DNA of 63,700 nucleotides, the filler included, from Candidatus Tectimicrobiota bacterium (lineage in GTDB: Bacteria; JACPSX01): assembly GCA_016193065.1 (NCBI GenBank). It is 5 parts of 5 records of this genome, joined end to end, with 100 filler letters (N's around TTAATTAATTAA, not from the genome) between each part and the next. Parts side by side here need not be neighbours in the genome. Positions count along the whole stretch, not along the records: positions 1 to 25,598 come from JACPSX010000054.1; 4 more parts are not named here. The stretch is one strand, 5' to 3'. Under the pieces are notes generated by a model. That model worked only from the letters and a program-made list of their open reading frames with translations. It was not told the DNA's origin and searched no databases. This document shows, in pieces, positions 8,888 through 20,354 of the stretch. The stretch's first letter is position 1; every line of letters begins with the position of its first letter. A program made the position numbers and the translations under genes.

Positions 8888-10111
8888 CTATTGATTTATT
8901 GTGAGTTGTGAAATTAGCGGGGCGGCTTCTGGGGGTGGAGATAGCAGGGCCATAAAGACTTCGTTCGAAAACAGGATCCCCTTCCGGGTCAGTTTTAAAC
9001 AGTTGCCTTCCAGAGAGACGAGACCTTTTTCGACAAGTTCCCGGAAGGAGCTCCGGTAGGCTTCGCCAACGGGAATCCAATATCGGTTGGAAAGCTCTTC
9101 CAAATCAATCCCTTCGAGGAGGCGGAGCCCCATCATGAAGGATTCCCCCAGGGCCGTGGCCCCCGTGGATCTTTCCCGGCTCGACACAGCGGATCCTTTT
9201 TCCCTCACGGCCGCCACGTAACGACGCGGTAGGTGAAAATTGCAGAACCGCTCCCCGCCCAAGAAAGAGTGGGCTCCTGCCCCCAGCCCCAGATACTCCT
9301 GGTTGCGCCAGTAAGTCTGATTGTGGAGCGACCGTCGCCCCGGCAGTGCGAAGTTCGAGATCTCATAATGCTCAAAGCCAGCGGCAGGCAGGAAGTCCAT
9401 GGTCTCCTCCAGCATGGCGACCCCGTCTTCCTCGGGCGGAAGGAGGAGTCCCCCCTGGCGCCAAAGCCGGTAAAAGTCGGTCCCGGGCTCCAGCGTCAGG
9501 TGGTAGCAGGAAATGTGGTCCGGGCCCAGGGCTTTTGCTGCGCTCAGGGTCCATCGCCATTGTTCCAGGGTCTGGCCGGGCACGGCAAACATGAGGTCGA
9601 TCGAAAGGTTGGAAAATCCTGCCCGGCGTCCGGACCGGACCGCCTCCACTCCTTCTGCCACTGTGTGAATTCGTTCCAAGGTCCTCAGCAGTGGATCCGA
9701 CAGGGCCTGAATTCCCAGGCTGAGCCGGTTGAACCCCCCGGAACGGAGGATCTTGAGCTTCTCCAGTGTGAGGGTTCCTGGGTTGGCTTCGAGGGTGACT
9801 TCCAGACCCTCGGCCAGGGAAAAGGAGCGCGCGCAGTCTTCCAGGATCGAGAGGAGAGCCCCGGTGGGGAGGAGGGAAGGGGTCCCCCCGCCGAAGTAGA
9901 GGGTCTCGATGGACCTACCCCGGACTCGAGGGTCGGACTGCCAGTGGTGAAGCTCCCTCCTCAGCGCCGAAACGTACTCCTCCATCTGGGACTCAGGGGC
10001 ACCCGCGTAGGAGTTGAAGTCGCAGTACCCGCACTTGTGGACGCAGTAAGGGATGTGGATGTAGAGACCGAGACCAGCAGCTTCCGGAATGAAGGGACGG
10101 GTTTCAGGCAC
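8888..10111 (-). CDS. hemW: Radical SAM heme chaperone HemW (HemN-like)
   Basis: LYIHIPYCVHKCGYCDFNS, YFGGGTPS, HYEISNFA and HNQTYW. GTG start at 10111 is inferred. Confidence 0.88.
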   Translation of the reverse strand: MPETRPFIPEAAGLGLYIHIPYCVHKCGYCDFNSYAGAPESQMEEYVSALRRELHHWQSDPRVRGRSIETLYFGGGTPSLLPTGALLSILEDCARSFSLAEGLEVTLEANPGTLTLEKLKILRSGGFNRLSLGIQALSDPLLRTLERIHTVAEGVEAVRSGRRAGFSNLSIDLMFAVPGQTLEQWRWTLSAAKALGPDHISCYHLTLEPGTDFYRLWRQGGLLLPPEEDGVAMLEETMDFLPAAGFEHYEISNFALPGRRSLHNQTYWRNQEYLGLGAGAHSFLGGERFCNFHLPRRYVAAVREKGSAVSSRERSTGATALGESFMMGLRLLEGIDLEELSNRYWIPVGEAYRSSFRELVEKGLVSLEGNCLKLTRKGILFSNEVFMALLSPPPEAAPLISQLTINQ

Positions 10112-10218
10112 TAGTGCCGTTCCAACTTTTTGTACCAACTTACTCACCTCACACGGTCGGAATCTTTTACTGCAATGTACGCGGCCCAAATTCGGTATGT
10201 GAGTTGGAACGCTACTAG
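10111..10218. mobile_element. 108-bp MITE with CTAG duplication and terminal inverted repeats
   Basis: ctagtgccgttccaact ... agttggaacgctactag, an inverted repeat matching 15 of 17 bp including CTAG at both ends. Confidence 0.8.
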
Positions 10219-11132
10219 CGCCCCCCCCAGCTCACTTTGCCCAAAAACCGCTTGGGCCACATGAGAACGATGGGGCTAGCAATGAACACCGTGGAATAGA
10301 CTCCGGAGAGTGTCCCCACCAGGAGTGCAAAAGAGAAGTCGTGAATCACCTGTCCGCCGAAAAGGAACAGACCCAACAGGACCATAATCACGGTGGAGCT
10401 CGTGATAATCGTCCGCCCTAAGGTCTCGTTGACGCTCAAGTTCACGATCTCAAGGAGGTCCGTCTTGCGTGTCTTCTTTAAATTCTCCCGAATTCGATCA
10501 AAGATCACAATCGTGTCGTTAATTGAAAATCCTGCAATTGTCAGCAGAGCTGCAATCACGTTCAGGTCGATCTCCTTGTTGGTCAGAGAAAAAATTCCAA
10601 TGGTGATCATGATGTCGTGGATGAGGGCAATGATCCCCCCAAAGGCGAAGGTGTAATGAAACCGGATAGAGACATAAACCAGGATTCCAAGCAGCCCATA
10701 CCCCAGGGCCATGATCGCCTTCTCTGTTAAATCCTTACCCACCTTGGGGCCCACGGTCTCCTCCCGGCGGATCTGGAAGCTCCCCGGTGCGAATTCTTTG
10801 TTCAAGGCTTCACGAACCCTGGGGGTGACCTCTTCTAGACGGGTCGTGGCCAGCCCAGCTCGCACCAGAAATTCACGAGTGGCGCCCAGTTTCTGAATAT
10901 CGCTGTCTCCCATTTGGGCCCCGGCCATGGCGCGGCGCATCCGTTCCACGGAGACATCCTGGTTGAACTGGATCTGGAAAAGGGTCCCTCCGGAGAAGTC
11001 CACCCCGTAGCGAGGCCCCCCTTTGGCCACCAAAGAAATGAGCCCGGCCAGCAGAAGGAGAGTTGAGACTGCCATGGCCTGATTCTTCAAGCGCATGAAA
11101 TCGATTCGAATTCCCGGCTTGATGATCTCCAT
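10215..11132 (-). CDS. secF: Protein translocase subunit SecF
   Basis: GVDFSGG, VGPKVG, ALIHD and FSINDTIVIFDRIREN. Confidence 0.96.
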   Translation of the reverse strand: MEIIKPGIRIDFMRLKNQAMAVSTLLLLAGLISLVAKGGPRYGVDFSGGTLFQIQFNQDVSVERMRRAMAGAQMGDSDIQKLGATREFLVRAGLATTRLEEVTPRVREALNKEFAPGSFQIRREETVGPKVGKDLTEKAIMALGYGLLGILVYVSIRFHYTFAFGGIIALIHDIMITIGIFSLTNKEIDLNVIAALLTIAGFSINDTIVIFDRIRENLKKTRKTDLLEIVNLSVNETLGRTIITSSTVIMVLLGLFLFGGQVIHDFSFALLVGTLSGVYSTVFIASPIVLMWPKRFLGKVSWGGR

Positions 11133-11149
11133 TGTGTTTTCCTGCCCCC

Positions 11150-12700
<1,551 letters not shown>

Positions 12701-12709
12701 AGATTCTCC

Positions 12710-14419
12710 TTAAAACATGCGCACGCCGCGCATCCGGTTAATGGCTGCGGCTACTTCCAAGAGCCTTGGCTCGGCCAGATCCCCCGCGGGAAACGGGGAG
12801 ATCACATCGAGACCTTTTTCTTCGATTTCTCTTTGGGTCAGTTCCAGGGCCTCGCGCAGGCTGCGGCCCCGGTTCCAGTGGTGTCGGGCGGCATACACGA
12901 TGATCCTGCCGATGGCCCGGGTTTGACCCGGGCTGACGAGCTGTTCCAGAGCATTTAGATCCACAGACTCACGACCGAACTGAAGAGTACGCGTTCCCTT
13001 GGCTTCCACGACGGTTTCCCGGCGGCCCTTGCCTGGAGAGAGGCTGGCGGGATCCGGATGGCGATTTGGGGCCGTCCCGAAGGAGTCTCCTCCTTCGCGC
13101 CGGCGCGGGAGCGCCCCGGTGCGAGCGATCTCTCGGGCCCGGGAAGTCACGTCCCGGGGGACAAACTCGTCCATCATGATCACGGTGTCGACCACTTCAA
13201 AGTAATCTCCGGATCCCCCCATCACCAGCACGGTGGAGATTCCATGATCCTGGTAGAGGAGCCGGACTTTATCCAGGAACGGGGTGATGGGCTCTTTTTC
13301 CTTGGCCACCAGTTGCTGCATCCGATGATCCCGGATCATGAAGTTGGTGGCGGAGGTGTCTTCGTCCATGAGCAGGACCTCCGCCCCGGCCTCGATCCCT
13401 TCCATGATGCCGGCTGCTTGGGAGGTGCTGCCGCTGGCGTTTTCCGTGGAGAAGCAGCGGGTGTCCTTCCCCTGGGGCAGAGGTCCGATGAACGGTCTTA
13501 TGTCCACTTGGCAGACGCTGCGTCCTTCCTCGGCTCGCACTTTTAAAGCATCGGGGCGGGAAACCACGTACTCCCGGCCGTCTCCGGGGATGTGGTTATA
13601 GACTCCCCGTTCGATGGCCCGCAGCAGCGTTGACTTGCCGTGAAATCCACCGCCCACGATGAGGGTGACGCCCTCGGGAATTCCAAGACCACGGATGGCT
13701 CCCCGGTTGGGGCACTGGAGTTCCACCTCCAGACTCGGGGGGGCTTGCAGGGGGACCGCTTCTGCCGTGTGGAGGGGGCGGTCATCCACTCCGCTGGCGC
13801 GTGGCAAAATCGAACTGTTGGCTAGAAACGTAACCAGTTTTTTCCCCTTCAACGAAGAGCGCAGGGCATCCTGGTCTTCGACGGTCTCCACGTGGCGGCG
13901 CACGGCCTCCGCATCCAGGTTGGCGAAAAACAGGGAACCCGACGCGAGGGCAGGGATCTCCTGGAAGAACATTACCTGCGCTTCCTGAGCCAGAATTGTG
14001 CGTCCGGCTGCCGGCAACCCGATTCCGAAGCGTGCTTCCACACGGGCATCGTCCAGGATCACCGCATTTCGGTTCAGTACTTCTTGCCCGCAGCGATCGA
14101 TGAAGGTCTGCCCGCTGTGGCCCGTGCCGCGGCGGCCGCGGACATGGCGGCGGATTTGCTCTGCGAAGACCCGGACCAGGTAGTCGCACAGCGCCAGGCG
14201 CCGGATCCGGGTGCTGAAGAGCGCTGGTGGGAAGCCAGCTTTCGCCTGAGAAACCGAAACCCGCAGCCGGGACGGGGAAGCAAAAGGATCGCCCTGGACG
14301 TGGTCGATGCTGAGGGCGAAATCCTCCCCCTGATAAGTTCCCTCCAGATCTTTATAAGCTTTGTATCCCCGGCGATCGATGCAGTTCAGGAGCGCGCGTA
14401 GATCTTGCCAATCCCTCAT
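12710..14419 (-). CDS. Predicted ABC-class P-loop ATPase (ABC_ATPase / MRB1590-like family)
   Basis: HVQGDPFASPS, GGGFHGKSTLL, NASGSTSQAA and MDEDTSATNFMIRD. Confidence 0.85.
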   Translation of the reverse strand: MRDWQDLRALLNCIDRRGYKAYKDLEGTYQGEDFALSIDHVQGDPFASPSRLRVSVSQAKAGFPPALFSTRIRRLALCDYLVRVFAEQIRRHVRGRRGTGHSGQTFIDRCGQEVLNRNAVILDDARVEARFGIGLPAAGRTILAQEAQVMFFQEIPALASGSLFFANLDAEAVRRHVETVEDQDALRSSLKGKKLVTFLANSSILPRASGVDDRPLHTAEAVPLQAPPSLEVELQCPNRGAIRGLGIPEGVTLIVGGGFHGKSTLLRAIERGVYNHIPGDGREYVVSRPDALKVRAEEGRSVCQVDIRPFIGPLPQGKDTRCFSTENASGSTSQAAGIMEGIEAGAEVLLMDEDTSATNFMIRDHRMQQLVAKEKEPITPFLDKVRLLYQDHGISTVLVMGGSGDYFEVVDTVIMMDEFVPRDVTSRAREIARTGALPRRREGGDSFGTAPNRHPDPASLSPGKGRRETVVEAKGTRTLQFGRESVDLNALEQLVSPGQTRAIGRIIVYAARHHWNRGRSLREALELTQREIEEKGLDVISPFPAGDLAEPRLLEVAAAINRMRGVRMF

Positions 14420-14431
14420 GAGTGGCGGGCT

Positions 14432-14791
14432 TCAATCCTTGTCATCCCCGTTATCATCGGAGAGAGCTTGGCTGCCGAAGGAACTGGAGATGGCGCTGCG
14501 GGCCACCCGGATTTTCACCTGGTCGGCTATTTGAAGTAAGACCACGTCCCCGCGCAGCTTGGCAATCGTCCCGTAGATCCCTCCGCTGGTGATTACCTGA
14601 TCTCCCTTCTTGAGGTTGCTGAGAAGCTCCTTGTGTTTCTTTTGCGACTTCTGCTGTGGGCGTATAAGAAGGAAGTAGAATATGACGAAGATCGCGATGG
14701 GGAGCATGAGGCTTCCCAAAACACCGCCTCCACCTCCGCCCGCACCTCCACCCGGTGGTGCTCCTAGAGCCCAAGCAATGCCAACCAACAT
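14432..14791 (-). CDS. yajC: Preprotein translocase subunit YajC
   Basis: FYFLLIRPQQK and LKKGDQVITSGGIYG. Confidence 0.95.
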   Translation of the reverse strand: MLVGIAWALGAPPGGGAGGGGGGVLGSLMLPIAIFVIFYFLLIRPQQKSQKKHKELLSNLKKGDQVITSGGIYGTIAKLRGDVVLLQIADQVKIRVARSAISSSFGSQALSDDNGDDKD

Positions 14792-14908
14792 CCAGTCACC
14801 TCCTTCCCATTTCCGAGATCTCCGTTAGGCCCGCTTCCCCTTCCTGTCCCCAAAAACTCGTCCCGGACTCCCCGGAATCTGAAATTTCCCATAGGAAGCG
14901 AGGCTCTA

Positions 14909-15942
<1,034 letters not shown>

Positions 15943-15963
15943 AAACCACGCTGAGGGTGAGGA

Positions 15964-17553
15964 CTATCGGCTTGGCACCGGAACGCGGGTCAATAGGTAC
16001 TTGAGATCTTCGTCGTCGAAGGCGAATCCCCCGCCCAGGAAGAAGGTGCGCAAGCGGCGGTTGAGGATCTGATCCACCCCGGCGTTGACGAAGAAGGGTT
16101 TGTAGAGGTCGTACCGGCTGGTAAGCTTCAGGTTCGGCTCCCGGTCCCGGGTTCGATCCGGATTAAACTCAAATCCCTCCAGGGATAGGGTCAGGCGATC
16201 TTTGAGGAAGAGCTGATCGACGCCCGCGCCGAACGTGGATTCGATCAAACCGCCACGCACCACGGTATTGTAAAAGCGCTTGGCATACTCGGCACTAAAC
16301 TTTATTTTCCGCGAGGTCCGCTCTTCCGATGAAAGGGTTTCTATCCCATTGTTAATCGCCCTAGTCTGGACGGTACTGGTCTTCCCCCGGGGGTCATCCA
16401 CGATCTCCAGGAGGTAGTATTTATCCTCGCGGGGCTGGATTTTGAGCGAGAAGTACCCCTTGGTCTGCGTATGGCGGGCCTGGTACTCCCCCCTTAGACC
16501 CACGGTGAATTTGAAGGCGTCCGTCGCCGTGACCAGCTTGTTGACGCCGGTCAGGGTCTCGTTGAGGTTCTTGTAGGTTGTGTCTTCGGTGACCAGCTTG
16601 CCGATGGTCCCCTCGCCGCGCTCGATCTTGCCCGTGATCGTGTTCAAGGACTCCAGGGTCTTCTCCAGCTTCTCGGTGGAAGCGCGCAGGTTCTCCATGC
16701 TCTGCTTCAAGTTTTCCCGGTTCTCGGTCACCACGCCCTGTAAGTTTGTGGACAAGTTATCGAGGCTCTTGACCAGACCAGGGGTGTCCTGTTTAAGCGT
16801 GGCCGAGAACTGCTCCAAGTTGCGCAAAGTGTTTCCCAGGGGACCTTCGTTTTCCCGGACGAGAGTTTTCAGGCTTTGCGTGAGTACTTCCGTATTGTTC
16901 ATGATGGCGTTGAACCGGTCCTTGTTCAGGGCCACCGCCTCGTTTAAGTTGTTTACGAGGGCGGTTAAGTTTTGCCGGTTGGAGATCACCAACTGGTTCA
17001 AGTTCGCCGCTAGAGCGTCCACGTTGGCCAGGATTCGCTTGAGGCTCTCCTCTCCCTCGCGGCTGCCAAAGACAGTCTTTAAGGAAGAAGTGAGCTCTTT
17101 CACATCCTCGGTTACACCGGTGAGGCGGGTGACCAATTCGTCAAAATCCGCAGCGCGCCTGGTTTCCTGGATCGATTCCCCGGGCTTGAGATACTGAGCT
17201 TTCTGAACGGGCTCCGTAATCTCGATATACTTCTCGCCGAGAAGACCCTGGGTGCGGACGGTGACTGCAGCGTTCTTTTTAATCTGGTACTTGGGGTCAA
17301 TCCGCATGGTCACCTGGGCCTTGCCGTTGACCAGGTCGATTTTCTCGACTTCCCCCACCCGAACGCCGGCCACCTTGACGGGTGCCTTTACATCCAGGCC
17401 GGCGACCGTGTCGAGGACGGCGCTGATCAGGTATCCCGGCTTTTTCCCGATGCGGATTTCCCCCAGGCGGACGGTCATGTAGGTGAGTAGAATGATTCCC
17501 GCCAGAACAAAGAGCCCGACTTTCGCTTCCGGTGACAATCCCTTACGAGCCAT
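15964..17553 (-). CDS. mlaD: MCE-family protein MlaD with a long helical region and a C-terminal beta-rich domain
   Basis: KVGLFV TM, GLDVKAPVKVAGVRVGEV, GLLGEKYIEI, helical repeats and alternating beta strands at the C-terminus. Confidence 0.88.
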   Translation of the reverse strand: MARKGLSPEAKVGLFVLAGIILLTYMTVRLGEIRIGKKPGYLISAVLDTVAGLDVKAPVKVAGVRVGEVEKIDLVNGKAQVTMRIDPKYQIKKNAAVTVRTQGLLGEKYIEITEPVQKAQYLKPGESIQETRRAADFDELVTRLTGVTEDVKELTSSLKTVFGSREGEESLKRILANVDALAANLNQLVISNRQNLTALVNNLNEAVALNKDRFNAIMNNTEVLTQSLKTLVRENEGPLGNTLRNLEQFSATLKQDTPGLVKSLDNLSTNLQGVVTENRENLKQSMENLRASTEKLEKTLESLNTITGKIERGEGTIGKLVTEDTTYKNLNETLTGVNKLVTATDAFKFTVGLRGEYQARHTQTKGYFSLKIQPREDKYYLLEIVDDPRGKTSTVQTRAINNGIETLSSEERTSRKIKFSAEYAKRFYNTVVRGGLIESTFGAGVDQLFLKDRLTLSLEGFEFNPDRTRDREPNLKLTSRYDLYKPFFVNAGVDQILNRRLRTFFLGGGFAFDDEDLKYLLTRVPVPSR

Positions 17554-17567
17554 GATTCCCCCACCTT

Positions 17568-18320
17568 TCAGTGAACGGTGATGGGTCCCTCCGCCCGCCC
17601 CTGGATAAATTGCTGCACAACCGGATTTTCAGAGGTCTGGATCTGAGAGGGGGTGCCAATCTCGATGATTTTCCCCTGGTGAAGCATGGCAATCCGTGTG
17701 CCGATTTTATAAGACCCTTCGATGTCGTGGCTGATGACGACCGAGGTGACATGGAGGTGTTTGCGGGTGTCAATGATCAGCCGATTAATGGCGTCACACA
17801 GGATCGGGTCGAGCCCAGTCGTCGGTTCATCGTAGAGAAGAATCTCCGGGTTTAGGGCAATGGCCCGGGCGAGACCTACCCGTTTGCGCATTCCCCCGGA
17901 GAGTTCATCGGGCATTTTCCCCTCCACCCCTTCCAGACCCACCAGCCTCAGCTTTTGCCGCACGATCTCCTCAATCTCCCTTGCCGACAGTTTCGTGTGT
18001 TCCTGCAAGGGGAAGGCCACATTTTCTCCCACCGTCATAGAATCAAAAAGGGCCGAGTACTGAAAGAGCATCCCGAACTTCTTGCGCACCTCGTTCATTT
18101 CCCGGTCGTCCAGTCGGGTGATCTCTTGCCCGTCGACAAAGATTTCTCCGTCGTCGGGCTTCAGGAGGCCGATCAGGTGCTTGAGAAAGACGGTCTTCCC
18201 CTCCCCGCTACGGCCGATGACCACCAGGGTTTCCCCTTCCTCAATGCTGAGATCAATGCCCCGCAAGACCTCTTGCCCGTTAAATGACTTGCAAAGATTT
18301 AAAACTTCAATCTTGGCCAT
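17568..18320 (-). CDS. mlaF: MlaF-family ABC ATP-binding protein
   Basis: GRSGEGKT, ALFDSMTVGENV, LSGGMRKRVGLARA and YDEPTTGLDP. Confidence 0.9.
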   Translation of the reverse strand: MAKIEVLNLCKSFNGQEVLRGIDLSIEEGETLVVIGRSGEGKTVFLKHLIGLLKPDDGEIFVDGQEITRLDDREMNEVRKKFGMLFQYSALFDSMTVGENVAFPLQEHTKLSAREIEEIVRQKLRLVGLEGVEGKMPDELSGGMRKRVGLARAIALNPEILLYDEPTTGLDPILCDAINRLIIDTRKHLHVTSVVISHDIEGSYKIGTRIAMLHQGKIIEIGTPSQIQTSENPVVQQFIQGRAEGPITVH

Positions 18321-18388
18321 TGGGTCGCGCCTCAGAATAACACAGGTTTCAAGAAAAGAACAACAACCAGCATTTTCCTCCCGTAGAG

Positions 18389-19159
18389 CTAAAACATCAG
18401 AGCGGTCAGGAAGTAGTCGGAAATAATGATGAGAATTGCAGACAGGACAACCGCTCCCGTAGTTGCCCGGCCCACCCCTTCCGCTCCACCCTCCGTGTTG
18501 AAACCCTTGTAGCATCCGATCAGGGCCAGAATTAGACCAAAGAATGCGGACTTGATCAGGCCATTGACCAGGTCGCTCATCTCCACATACGTGGTCGTGT
18601 TTTGCATGTAAGTCACGGAATTAATTCCCAGCAAGATCACGCCCACGAAATAGCCGCCCACCACGCCGATAAAGTCGCTGATCACTGTGAGAATGGGAAG
18701 CATGAGAACTCCGGCCACCAGACGGGGGACGATCAGGTACCTCACCGGATTGGTGGCCAGAGCGTAGAGGGCATCGATCTGTTCGGTGACTCGCATGGTT
18801 CCCAGCTCGGCGGCCATGGCGGAGCCCGCCCGGGCCGTCACCATGATACCGGTTAACACGGGCCCCAGCTCCCGGGTCATGGACAGTCCCACGATAGCCC
18901 CCACCATGTTCTCGGCGTTGAACTTCTTAAAGCCGATGTAGCTTTGCAGGGCCAAAACCATCCCCGTAAAAGCTCCGGTCAGAAGAACCACCAGGACCGA
19001 TTTGACCCCCACAAACTCCATCTGCTTGAAGATCTGGCGCCAGCGCACCGGGGGGACGGCGAGCCACTGGATCGCCTGGACCAGCAGGAGGAGGATCTTC
19101 CCCATCTGCACGATCAGATCTTCCACGCCGCCCCCGATAAATTCCAGGAATCGAACCAT
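18389..19159 (-). CDS. mlaE: MlaE-family ABC permease
   Basis: RELGPVLT, AELGTMRVTEQIDAL and GAEGVGRATT. Confidence 0.93.
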   Translation of the reverse strand: MVRFLEFIGGGVEDLIVQMGKILLLLVQAIQWLAVPPVRWRQIFKQMEFVGVKSVLVVLLTGAFTGMVLALQSYIGFKKFNAENMVGAIVGLSMTRELGPVLTGIMVTARAGSAMAAELGTMRVTEQIDALYALATNPVRYLIVPRLVAGVLMLPILTVISDFIGVVGGYFVGVILLGINSVTYMQNTTTYVEMSDLVNGLIKSAFFGLILALIGCYKGFNTEGGAEGVGRATTGAVVLSAILIIISDYFLTALMF

Positions 19160-19160
19160 T

Positions 19161-20354
19161 TTATTTCCCCCGCGCTCCTGTGGAAGCCCGGCGGCGCCCG
19201 GACCTCGCCCCTCCGGGTTCCGCCAGCGCCGTTCCCCGGCAGTACACCCGGGGAACCCTCTTGGACACCCAACAGTAAATTTCATAGGGAATCGTCTTTA
19301 GCGCCAAGGCCCAATCCTCAGCGGAAATTTCCTGGTCCCCTTGTCGACCCAGGAGAACCACCTCGTCCTCCACCTGGACTCCGGGAATGTCCGTTACATC
19401 CACCATGATCAGGTCCATGCAGACCCGGCCGATCAAGGGTGCCTTCTGGCCCCGCACGAGCACACTCCAGCAATTGGACAGGAGTCGGTTCAATCCATCC
19501 GCATAGCCCACGGGAAGGGTGGCGATCCGGCTCGGGCGCTCCGTGCGGAAGGTGCGCCCGTAGCTGATGAAGGAACCGGCTGGCATCTCCTGAACCTGCA
19601 AGACCCGCGTCTTCCAGGTCATGACGGGACGCAGGGAGACCCGCCGCACCATTTGAGGGGAAGGATAGGAACCGTAGAGCATGATGCCGGGCCGGACCAT
19701 CTCAAAGTAGGCCTGGAAGCCGTCCAGGAGAATGGCACTGTTGGCGGCATGCCGTCGGGGAACCGCAATTCCACGTTCGCGAATCTCATCGGCCGCCTTT
19801 CGAAAAACCTCCACCTGGTGCTCCGTGTAGCTCTTGTCGGGGTCGTCGGCGCTGGCGAAGTGGGTCAAAATTCCGGCAATTTCAACCCCGGCCTCCCGCG
19901 CCATTTCCAGCGCGGCAGGTCCGACCTGGTCGGGCAAAAGACCCAGACGCCCCATGCCCGTGTCGACTTTGATGTGAATGGGCGACCGCTTCCCCTTGGC
20001 CCGGGCCGCCAGGCCCAGGGCTCGGACCACGGGAAGAGACCAGACAACCGCCTCCAGGTCTCCAGCCACGACCTGTGGAGCCTGCTCGGGAAAGATGCCT
20101 CCCAGCACAAGGATAGGCGCCTGGATCCCCCCCTCCCGGAGTTCGAGGCCTTCCTCGACCCGGGCCACTCCGAGGCCGAAGGCCCCCTGCCGAATGAGCT
20201 CCCGGCCCACGGCGACAGCCCCGTGCCCGTAGGCATCCGCCTTCACCACGGCCAGGATGTCCACCTGCTTTCCAACCTGGGCACGTACGGCGGCCAGATT
20301 GTGGGCCAGAGCGTCGAGGTCGATAATGGCCTGGCTTGCTCCTGCTTTAGTCAT
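19161..20354 (-). CDS. alr: Alanine racemase
   Basis: AVVKADAYGHG (PLP lysine), HIKVDTGMGRLG, VRPGI and GRVCMD. Confidence 0.95.
   Translation of the reverse strand: MTKAGASQAIIDLDALAHNLAAVRAQVGKQVDILAVVKADAYGHGAVAVGRELIRQGAFGLGVARVEEGLELREGGIQAPILVLGGIFPEQAPQVVAGDLEAVVWSLPVVRALGLAARAKGKRSPIHIKVDTGMGRLGLLPDQVGPAALEMAREAGVEIAGILTHFASADDPDKSYTEHQVEVFRKAADEIRERGIAVPRRHAANSAILLDGFQAYFEMVRPGIMLYGSYPSPQMVRRVSLRPVMTWKTRVLQVQEMPAGSFISYGRTFRTERPSRIATLPVGYADGLNRLLSNCWSVLVRGQKAPLIGRVCMDLIMVDVTDIPGVQVEDEVVLLGRQGDQEISAEDWALALKTIPYEIYCWVSKRVPRVYCRGTALAEPGGARSGRRRASTGARGK

Noticed and set aside
10112-10189. N-terminal extension of HemW in the ORF track
   Set aside because: It lies inside the MITE. The likely start is the GTG at 10111.
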